A DNA stretch of 30,792 nt. It comes from Paraspadella gotoi (taxonomy: Eukaryota; Animalia; Chaetognatha). Positions 21,645-30,792 of the stretch are shown in pieces. How positions within the stretch are numbered: position 1 is the first letter of the stretch; each line of letters starts with the position of its first letter. The notes beneath the pieces are model-generated. The model was not told the origin of the DNA and did no database searches. It saw only the letters and a list, made by a program, of their open reading frames with translations. The stretch covers positions 1 through 30,792 of the forward strand of contig JBJCIZ010000880.1 in NCBI GenBank assembly GCA_051294375.1, read 5' to 3'. Both the position numbers and the translations under genes were made by a program.

Positions 21645-23076
21645 AAGATTTGTAGAAATAAGTTTGAGTTTATTTGCAACAACGATTTTAATAGTATATA
21701 AGGACGTACATGTTTCGGCTTTAGTTACAAGCCTTCTTCAGCGTCATAGAAAAATTGTTTTGTGAACTTTTACCTTTACCCTTACCAGAAGGGCTATATT
21801 GATTCCGTCGACCCCCGANNNNNNNNNNNNNNNNNNNNNNNNNNNNNNNNNNNNNNNNNNNNNNNNNNNNNNNNNNNNNNNNNNNNNNNNNNNNNNNNNN
21901 NNNNNNNNNNNNNNNNNNNNNNNNNNNNNNNNNNNNNNNNNNNNNNNNNNNNNNNNNNNNNNNNNNNNNNNNNNNNNNNNNNNNNNNNNNNNNNNNNNNN
22001 NNNNNNNNNNNNNNNNNNNNNNNNNNNNNNNNNNNNNNNNNNNNNNNNNNNNNNNNNNNNNNNNNNNNNNNNNNNNNNNNNNNNNNNNNNNNNNNNNNNN
22101 NNNNNNNNNNNNNNNNNNNNNNNNNNNNNNNNNNNNNNNNNNNNNNNNNNNNNNNNNNNNNNNNNNNNNNNNNNNNNNNNNNNNNNNNNNNNNNNNNNNN
22201 NNNNNNNNNNNNNNNNNNNNNNNNNNNNGAGAGATGTGGTAAGAAACGGGGGAGTCATTGTGGCGGACGTGGTGGTGGCGGGGCCTCCAACACGCTTTTG
22301 ATAAGCGTATCATAGCTTGGAGGGAGATCGAATCGTCCTCGCACGATTCAAAGAGGGCTTGAGGGCTTGATATAGATGCGCCTCTCTAACTACCGAGTCT
22401 TGAGAACCAGTTTGGGTCATGGGACAGCACGAGACCAGTCTGACTCTCTAAATAAGATGGCCAGTATTTACTGTATGTTCAGCTAACCGCAGATAGGTAA
22501 TGTCCTCGTGCGCATCGCGATAAAGGTTTTGTGTGCTGGCTGAAAGAGCGGTCTGTTAGAGACTTGTCTGTCTCGCCCACGAGTATGCTGCTGCACAGGC
22601 TTGGTTACGCCACGCCGCCCTGCACAGGGCCGGCCCAATAGACGGCTCCTGATGTTTTTCGGTCCTGGGGATTTTATCTTCGGTTTTACCAATTGCTCTC
22701 GTAGAGAACCGCGGGTCGTCACTGAGGTGGAGATCCCCTGCTTTGCCAGCACCGCGCACCAACGTGACTGCAGTGATCCCCTGGTGGTAGGGAGGGACAA
22801 GTGAACTCCACGTTCTTAGGGCGCTTCTGCTTATCTTCCAGTTCGCTGTGGTGGGCGCGGTAGGCTCTTCAGCAGCAAAGAACCCTTTCTTCCTCCTGGG
22901 GGTTGGAGGTAGAATCAACGCTAGCGGGTTACTTGGGCAGCCCCATTGGTGGCCACTGCCCTCAAAGCACAGATACGGCCGGTTACCTGGCATTCTCGAA
23001 GGCCCACAATGGGTAACCACATTGATCGCAAAGGCTCTTTTGACATGCTCAAGGCTCGGCGGCCTGAAAGCTCGGA
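21645..23076 (-). mobile_element. PLE3: 5'-truncated Penelope/Poseidon-type element (RT thumb, linker, GIY-YIG endonuclease, hammerhead-bearing 3' end), spanning a 410-N gap at 21819-22228
   Basis: Frameshifted translation: LEHVKRAFAIN(G)YP...PYHQGIT..VLAKQGISTSVTTRGSLREQLVKPKDKIP...PCAG...GETDKSLTDR...SAV.EHTVNTGH...VLSHDPNWFSRL...LKPSLNR...FDLPPSYDTLIK. These are characteristic PLE motifs. Confidence 0.9.
21703..21745 (-). ncRNA. Canonical minimal type-I hammerhead ribozyme of PLE3
   Basis: Minus strand GACG-CTGAAGA-A-GGCTT(gtaacta)AAGCC-GAAA-CATG-TA/CGTC: perfect stems I and II, palindromic stem III, GUA cleavage predicted between 21707 and 21706. Confidence 0.92.
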
Positions 23077-23258
23077 AGATCCGACTAAAAAAAAGGAAAC
23101 GTTTCTCTGATTTCTTAAACCATAAGTAAGACGATGGGTACAACTGAAAGTGATGTCTTTAGATGACAGAAAATTTTTCTTTAGGTTTTATTTTGAAATT
23201 TAGGTATTGTCCCAATAGGATAAATGGTGATACTCCCGCTTTGCCGAAATTTTTTTGC

Positions 23259-23740
23259 TTTTAGTCGGATCTACTCACAGCAAATCCCGACTCTATAATT
23301 TACTTTGTCGGTCCGACGGTTCAACCCCTCAATATTGTCGGGCATAAACTTATATCATTTCAGATCATCGAATTATGATAAATTATGCAAAAAAAATTAT
23401 GTCCGTCCGTCCGTTCGTCCGTCCCACCTTAGAAAAAAACTCCAATTGCTCGTGATTGGATGGATGGATTAGAATGAAATTTTTTGTCTGGGTAGGGACG
23501 TGTGTGATTGAGCTGGATATAAAGTTTCGATGGAATCGTCCGAGTGGAAATGAGTTTCAATGGAAGAAAAAAATATATATTTCACTATTTGAACACCATT
23601 TACTCATGAGTGGATGGGCGATTGACTTGAAATTTTGTATTTGGGTAGAAAAGTGGTGTGAATAAGCTGGAAATGCAGTTTTTCGATGGAATCGTTTGAT
23701 GGAAATGAGTTTAAATGGTAAAAAAACAAAAACCTGTTTC
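23259..23740 (+). mobile_element. Helentron-associated (HINE/DINE-1-like) element
   Basis: 5' TTTTAGTCGG...CCGACTCTATA stem, (GTCC)n at 23401-23423, then two ~154-bp direct repeats (GAAATTTT..TGGGTAG...TTTCGATGGAATCGT...GGAAATGAGTTT). The 3' end was not identified. Confidence 0.65.
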
Positions 23741-24288
23741 ATTAATTTATTTACTCTTGTTTTCTTTTTATATTAAAATCATAAAATATGTAAAATCATC
23801 TTTTCTTAATTTTTAAGAACAGTTTGGATTCGCGGAAAAAACTAAAAAACTTTTGTAAAATATGTTACTGATATTTTTAGGTTAAAGCTGCGAAAAATGA
23901 CCAAACGTTTCATCATATAATAGTTTTCTAATACAAAGTGTAAAAGTGGAGAATTTTGACGTTTTTTTTCCATTTTGACACTGAAACATAAAATTTTTAA
24001 TATACATATTTTATATGTTTATCTAACTTTTTATATGAAGAATCAGAATTTCTTTAATTAAAAATTTAAAAAAATATTATTTGAAAAATTTATGATTTAT
24101 AAGAATATTACTATAAATATTATGTAATTAATGATACTGTTCCCCAAACAATATAAGCAAAATATTTTATCGTAACTCTTTAATCATACTATCTCACGTT
24201 CTAAATATGCTTGTTTGATCACTCAAATAAAATTTATGTCCCGAGTGCTCCACTCTACTGTAATGTCTGGGTCATTTATAATGCTTTA

Positions 24289-25199
24289 AAACCAGTGGTT
24301 ATTTCATTGATTTTAAAAATTAGTTGAGTAGAAAATACTAAAACTATTTATGTGTTAAAATTTTATATTGATCAGTTAAGATATGCCTTGACAATGAGTG
24401 GAGAAATTGTGGCTTGTCAAATCGGGTTTCATTTTCCAACTCACTGTTTTTAAATTCAATTTTTTTTGGGAACTTTTAGCACTTCTTTAAACAAAGTAAT
24501 TATTAAAATATTAACAATATTAATATCCTCAGAAAGCCCTTAAAAATATGAAGAGAATGATATACTTACAAAAGTTTTAACATAAAAATTAAGCTGCCCA
24601 GCCTTGTTCAATTAAGAGTATCAAAAGTGAATTATTTAAAATTTGAAATCTTTTTTCAAAAATATATGACCTGATTAAATTATTATAACAAAAAATATTA
24701 TTATTTATATAAGTATCATGAAAGAGCCTAGAATAAAAGATTTAAGATAGCCAATCACAATTTGATAAAAATTATAAATTTACTCTCCAGCTATTGATTT
24801 TAAAAAAGATGTCTCGTTTTTGAATATCCTAATTAAATTAAAGCTGGGCCAGTTAAATTTTATACTACAGTATTCGTAAGTATATCAATCTCTTCATATT
24901 TTTAAGGGCTTTCTGAGGATATTAATATTGTTAATATTTTAATAAATACTTGTTTAAAAAAGTGCTAAAAGTTCCCAAAAAAAATTGAATTTAAAAACAG
25001 TGAGTTGGAAAATGAAACCCGATTTGACAAGCCAACTTTCTCCACTCATTGTCAAGGCATATCTTAACTGATCAATATAAATTTTAACACATAAATAGTT
25101 TTAGTATTTTACTTAACTAAATTTTAAAATCAATGAAATAACCACTGGTTTGCAAATGAAAGCGTATTTCTACCGGCGCTTGTAAAATTGTCCACCATG
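24289..25199. mobile_element. MITE/foldback with ~310-bp near-identical inverted arms and a Tc1/mariner-like TA-flanked right end
   Basis: 24289-24604 is the reverse complement of 24841-25151. The right end reads GTCCACCATG|TA; the left arm lacks the terminal ~48 bp. Confidence 0.85.
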
Positions 25200-25454
25200 T
25201 ATTTTTTTGAGAACTAAATTTTTCGAATATAGACCTTAAGAAATAAAGTTCTGTATTGATTCACTCTGCCTAGAAATTGAGACCGTCTTGTTTACTGTCT
25301 ATTTGTCAATATGGACGTATGCAAAAATTGAGAAACAAAACAAAAAATTTTTATATATCAATATTCTTTAGTACAAGACTGTTCATGAACAACTATTTGA
25401 ATTTTGATCTGCAACTTTCACTACGCCTTAATGCACAGGCAATTCTTCAGAAAT

Positions 25455-25785
25455 ATCTTGTGACCTCGCAATCGGTCATTTTCTCCTGTTTATTTCAGTT
25501 GACCTTTTCTGACCAGTCGTTTTTACTATTCTATTCGCTTTCTCGTGGCTTTCTTTTGGCTGAAAAAATCATAATCATTCCTCTGGAAAAGATCGGCCGT
25601 ATGGAACCGTATTTTTTACAGATTGCAAGGATTTTCTACTAAAAATTATTATACTACATTAATTTCATCATTTATTTATTCTCTTCAAAATTAAACTTAT
25701 GCACGATTTATTTGTCATTAATTCATCTTTTACGTCATTTGAGATTTAGAAAACTTTGCTCTATGTTAAAGTCAGTTAAACCTAT
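25455..25785. repeat. Diverged partial unit of the ~800-bp repeat
   Basis: TTATTTCAGTTGACCTTTTCTGACCAGTC and CATTTGAGATTTAGAAAAC as in the array. Confidence 0.85.
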
Positions 25786-25945
25786 ATGGCTGACAAATCG
25801 AATGCACGACCCTCGAGGCATAGAAAATAATAAACATTTTCTACAGTAAAAACCCATGAAACCTTTCTCGCCGTTCACAACAAATCAACTTTTTTTAAAA
25901 ATCAAACATATTTTTTTCAAATTTCAAAAATCAACTTCCTCAAAA

Positions 25946-26083
25946 ATGAATTTTGATTTGGAAGCTATTTTGCTTACCCAAATTGCGCCACTTATTGATG
26001 CGGCTGTTGCTCTAGCTATTTCACCGCTTCATGATCAAATTCGAAAATTGGCGGAAAATCTCCCATTAGGAAATCGCTGCTGA
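25946..26083 (+). other. Short ORF fragment with amphipathic/coiled-coil pattern (possible LINE ORF1-like N-terminus)
   Basis: MNFDLEAILLTQIAPLIDAAVALAISPLHDQIRKLAENL after CAAAA-ATG; no recognisable domain. Confidence 0.3.
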
Positions 26084-26359
26084 TAAGCATATTCGACTAA
26101 AGTGTCTGGCATGTTCAACAAGAGCTTAATGCAATTCGCCCGGTATCTCAAAATCAGCTGAGTATATTTTTTTGGTTATAAATACAATTTATCCTATTAA
26201 TTCGCGATGGCATTCAAATATAAATGATATTGACATACATTATAAACATTTCATTACAAATTGACTTAAAGAAATGTATTGAAAACAAAATTACACTAAT
26301 TTTTTTTCCTATTTATCAGTGATTCATCTTATTATTCATTCCCGTGAGGTCACAAAGAA

Positions 26360-26790
26360 TCAGTCTTCTCGGGGGCGACAACACAGGTTCCGCTGGCAAC
26401 GATCTTCAACCATTTCATCGACTAAGATTCTCAATACATATCAAGACAACTTATCAGAACGCTCACCAACTTCGAAATCAATTTTAGACAGGGGCGAAAG
26501 ATTTTGTGACCTTGCTTCCGGTCATTTTTCTCGGTTATTTCAGTTGACCTTTTCTGACCAGTCTTTTCACCATTATATTCGCTTTTTCGTGGCTTTCTTT
26601 TGGCTGAAAACATCATCATTGTTATTCGATCATAATCGTTTCCCTGGTTTTTTCGGAATCCAAAAATTTTCTATACAAATTTATTGTACCATATTAATTT
26701 TGCCATTTGTTTATTCTCTTCAATAATAAATTTAAGCACGATTTATTCCTCATTTATTCTTCCTTTACGTCATGTAAGATTTATAAAATT
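26360..26790. repeat. Diverged partial unit of the ~800-bp repeat
   Basis: Colinear with 30035-30480 (AGTCTTCTC.GGGGC, AAAGATTTTGTGACCTTGC, CAAATTTATTGTAC). Confidence 0.85.
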
Positions 26791-27312
26791 GATGAATAGA
26801 GCGCGCAACACTCATCAATTAATAATGTATCAGCTACATTAGCTGGTTAATAAAAACGATAAGTAATTAAGTAGAGATAAATGGTGTACTTAAGATCAGA
26901 GTTAAAACCAGACTGAAAATCATTCAGTTAAGAATCATAAAAGTAAACAATCGTTTAACAAAAGGTCTAAAATCCAAGAGACATCTTCTGAGGTCAAGTT
27001 TCATCTTTTGTAAACAAAAGATTTCCAATCTTGAAAAGGCTTTTATTTCCTGAGAGGAATGTTTCCACTCAAGAGGCCCCACTTTTGAACTAATTTAATC
27101 TTAAGATAATTTACAATTTCTATCACACATTTTAAGTATAAAATAATTTACAAATTTTGTATTTTTAGGATGTTTAATACTCACTTTAACAATATTTATA
27201 TACACTGAACTTCTTCTTCAGTTTATATCCTGTTCCACCTGAATGCAAAGTGCTTAACGATACAGCCTATTTTGGGAAAACAAGTCATTCTTCTTCCTCC
27301 AAAAATTCTTTG

Positions 27313-28150
27313 TTATCGAGCCTCCCGGCGAAGCCGGTTCAGGCTCGATATTGATTCGGATCAGCCTCTTTGTGACGTCGTCGGCGTCGTGCTTTTTTGT
27401 ATAAAAACTACTGCGCTTTTAGTTTTGGCTGCGACTTACCATTTTTTTTTAAATAAAAATTATTATGAATTACGATGAAGTTTGTGTGCGATCATAGTAG
27501 GTTAAAAATTTAGATATGGCTTCTCATCTTAAAATAGCTTTGAACTTTTTATATTACATTTGGATTCAAGTATTTTTTGTTTGAATTTCCACTTCATTAT
27601 GATTTACTGCAATATGCAAATGAGAACATAGTACTTATTATAATATCCAAATTATTATATAGAAATGCTCTAATCTAATTTACATATTGCAGTAAATATT
27701 TTTTTCCTTTTAAAAACTTTTATTATCGCCATTTATTCCGCGCTTTTTTTCAATGCAAAATCCTAAATTTACATCCAAGATTTTCGTGGATTTATTCTCT
27801 TTCTTTCTCTCTCTTTCTTTCTTTCACTCATACACGCATTTGTTTGTTTTATTTATGATGAATGATTCATTTCGTCAATGAATGACTATCATCGCATCAA
27901 TGAATGACTATCATTGTATCAATGAATGATTATCATCACATCAATGAATGACTATCATCGCATCAATCATTTGGTTATTATCACATCAATCATTTGGTTA
28001 TAATCACATCACTCATTTGGTTATTATCGCATTAATTATTGGTTATCATCGCATTAATATTTGTTTATCATCGCATCAATCCTTTGGTTATCATCGCATC
28101 AATATTTGGTTATCATTGAAGGGAGGCTCGATCCTATTCTTTTAAGATTT
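27313..28150 (+). mobile_element. Second-family Helentron-associated (HINE-like) element inserted in a repeat unit
   Basis: Sub-terminal inverted repeat ATCGAGCCTCCC (27315-27326) / GGGAGGCTCGAT (28121-28132), 5' partial IR AGGCTCGATA (27341-27350), internal minisatellite. Splits ATTCTTTGT|TTTATACCACTTG in a T run with no TSD. Confidence 0.7.
27870..28118. repeat. 22-23-bp minisatellite
   Basis: About 4 units of ATCAATGAATGACTATCATCGC, then about 7 of ATCAATCATTTGGTTATCATCGC. Confidence 0.9.
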
Positions 28151-30792
28151 TTTCATACCACTTGATGGGAAGTGATTTATCATGCTGGTGGGCGCAGAGA
28201 TCACAATGACACAAATGTTCAAAGTCAAATATCATATGTACCAATGATCATTGACGTTGATGGCTTTAAGATGCTTCCCCAATTCCTTAGGACTGAAGAG
28301 ATTCCATCTACGTGGCAGATTTCTGTAGTCTCCCCGCCACGAACTACAGGTACTGCAATCGTCTGGGACAGAATTACATATGTTTTCTTTGTAACTTAAC
28401 CTTAATTTTAACTTAACTTAATTCTCCGGGGCAAAAACAAAGGTTTTTTCGGCAACAATCTTTAACCATTTCAATGATGGTGCCACAGATTCTCAATACT
28501 TATCAAGACACTTTATTAAACGCCCGTCACCGACTTTGAAGCAAATAAAAAATTTTTTTTGGATGTGGGAGAAAGATTTTGTGACCTTGCGTCCAGTAAT
28601 TTTTTCCTAGTTATTTCAGTTGACATTTTCTGACCAGTCTTTTCACAGTTCTATTCAATTTATCATGGCTTCAGCTGAAAACCTTGTCACTTGTTATTCG
28701 ATCAAAATCGTTTCTCTGGTTTTTATGGAATCCAAGGATTTTCTACATAATTTTATTGTACTACATTAATTTCAGCATTTATTTATTCTCTTTAATAATA
28801 AACCTATGCACAATTTCTTCCTCATTTATTCATATTTTACATCATTTGAGATTCAGATAACCTTGCTCCATGTTAAAGCCAGTTCAACCTACAGCCGATT
28901 AATTTAATCTTAAGATAATTTACAATGTAAATTCTTCTTGTTTCAAAAATTCTTTGTTTTATACCACTTGATGAGAAGTGATTTGTCATACAGTTTGGCG
29001 CAGAGATCACAATGACTATGCAACTTGTTTATTTCCATAACAAAAAGTGGTGCCTTCTATCTTAAAGTCATGTACCAATGATCATTGGCATTGATATGCT
29101 CCCCAATTCCTTAGGATGAAGAGAGTCCATCAATGTGGCAATTCTGTAGTCTCCCCCCACAGAACTACAGCAGGTGCAATCGTCTGGGACAGAATCATAT
29201 GTTTTCTCTGTAACTTAACCTTCTTAGTACTTCTCCGGGAAAAAAATAAAGGTTCTTTGCAACAATCTTCAATCATTTAAATGATGGGGCCAAAGATTCT
29301 CAAACATATCAAGAAACCTTATCAAAACGCTCGTCACCTACTTGAAGAAAATTTGTAATCAATTTTGGATGGGGGAGAAAGATTTTGTGACCTTGGTCCA
29401 GTAATTTTTTCCTGGTTATTTCAGTTGACCTTTTCTGACCAGTCTTTTCATCATTCTATTCGCTTTCTTGTGGCATCAGCTAAAAACTTGTCACTTGTTA
29501 TTTGCAATAATCGTTTCTCTGATTTTATGAAATCCAAGGATTTTCTACACAAATTTATTGTACTACATTAATTTCACCTTTATTTTTTTCTTTAATAATA
29601 AACCTATGCACAATTTCTTCCTCATTTATTCATCTTTTACATATTTAGATTCAGAAAACCTTGCTCCATGTTAAAGCCAGTTAACCTACGCGATTAATTT
29701 AATCTTAAGATAATTTACAATGTAAATTCTTCTTGCTTCAAAAATTTTTTGTTTTATACCATTGATGAGAAGTGATTTGTCATACAGTTTGGCGCAGAGA
29801 TCACAATGACTCATTGCAACTAACTTTGTTTAATTTCCCATAACAAAAGAGTGGTGCCTTCTATCTAGAAAGTCATATACCAATGATCATTGGCATTGAT
29901 ATGCCCCTTCAAATTTCTTAACTGAAGAGAGTCCATCAATGTGGCAGATTTCTGTAGTCTCCCCACCATGAACTACAGGTAGTGCAATCGTCTGGGACAG
30001 AATCCCATATGTTTCCTCTGTAACTTAACCTTCTTAGTCTTCTCCGGGGCAACAATAAAGGTTCATTCGGCAACAATCTTCAAATCATTTAAATGATGGG
30101 GCCAAAGATTTCATACATATCCAGAAACCTTATCAAAACGCTCGTCACCTACTTGAAGAAAATTTTAATCAATTTTGGATGGGGGAGAAAGATTTTGTGA
30201 CCTTGCATCTAGTAATTTTTTCTTGGTTAGTTCAGTTGACGCTTTTTCTGACCAGTCTTTTCATCATTCTATTCCGCTTTCTTGTGGCAATCAGCTAAAA
30301 AACCGTGTCATTTTTTAATTGTCATAATCGTTTTCTCTGATTTTTATGGAAATCCAAGGATTTTCTACACAAATTTATTGTACTACATTAATTTCACCCT
30401 TTTTTTATTCCCTTTAATAATAAACCTATGCACAATTTCTTCCTCATTTATTCATCTTTTACATCATTTGAGATTCAGATAACCTTGCTCCATTTTAAAG
30501 CCAGTTCAACCCTCGGCCAATTAATTTAATCTTAAGATAATTTACAATGTAAATTCTTCTTGCTCCAAAAATTCTTTGTTTTATACCACTTGAAGAGAAG
30601 TGATTTGTCATACAGTTTGGCGCAGAGATCACAATGACTCATTGCAACTGCTTTTGTTTAATTTCCCATAACAAAAGAGTGGTGCCTTCTATCTAGAAAG
30701 TCATCATACCAATGATCATTGGCATTGATATGCCCCTTCAATTTCTTAAAACTGAAGAGAGTCCATCAATGTGGCAGATTTCTGTAGTCTCC
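28150..30792. repeat. Head-to-tail tandem array of ~800-bp units (3.3 units, runs off the window)
   Basis: Marker GGCGCAGAGATCACAATGAC at ~28191, 28997, 29791 and 30619 (spacings ~806, 794, 828). Confidence 0.95.

Noticed and set aside
21744-22313. Long ORFs across the 410-N gap
   Set aside because: Open only because the N codons contain no stops.
28290-28335. CTGAAGA in the 800-bp unit, suggesting a retrozyme-like array
   Set aside because: No GAAA or stem III follows in any unit examined.
28560-28900. Alternative genetic code or RIP explaining stops in the repeat unit
   Set aside because: All three stop types occur in several frames; ordinary decay or non-coding status is sufficient.

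Overview
AT-rich eukaryotic, probably invertebrate animal, repeat-dense DNA from a gap-filled long-read assembly; no prokaryotic genes, rRNA or CRISPR were seen. About 3.2-20.5 kb is largely one locus written out several times, with indel-riddled copies and three 25-N gaps, so true copy number is doubtful. Collapsed, the locus contains: (i) three distinct Penelope-like element (PLE) 3' ends, each with a minimal type-I hammerhead ribozyme, one with a 12-bp target-site duplication and an empty site elsewhere in the window; (ii) a 1.7-kb foldback element with a telomere-like core; (iii) a minus-strand reading frame with seven 12-aa repeats resembling LC8/DYNLL-binding TQT motifs; (iv) the C-terminal part of a CHST15-like sulfotransferase; (v) Helentron-associated (DINE-1-like) elements, a TA-flanked MITE family and a tRNA-like SINE head; (vi) an ~800-bp tandem repeat at both window ends that appears to derive from a Cys/His-rich coding sequence. 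All alignments and translations were done by eye; most ORFs in the supplied track are spurious.
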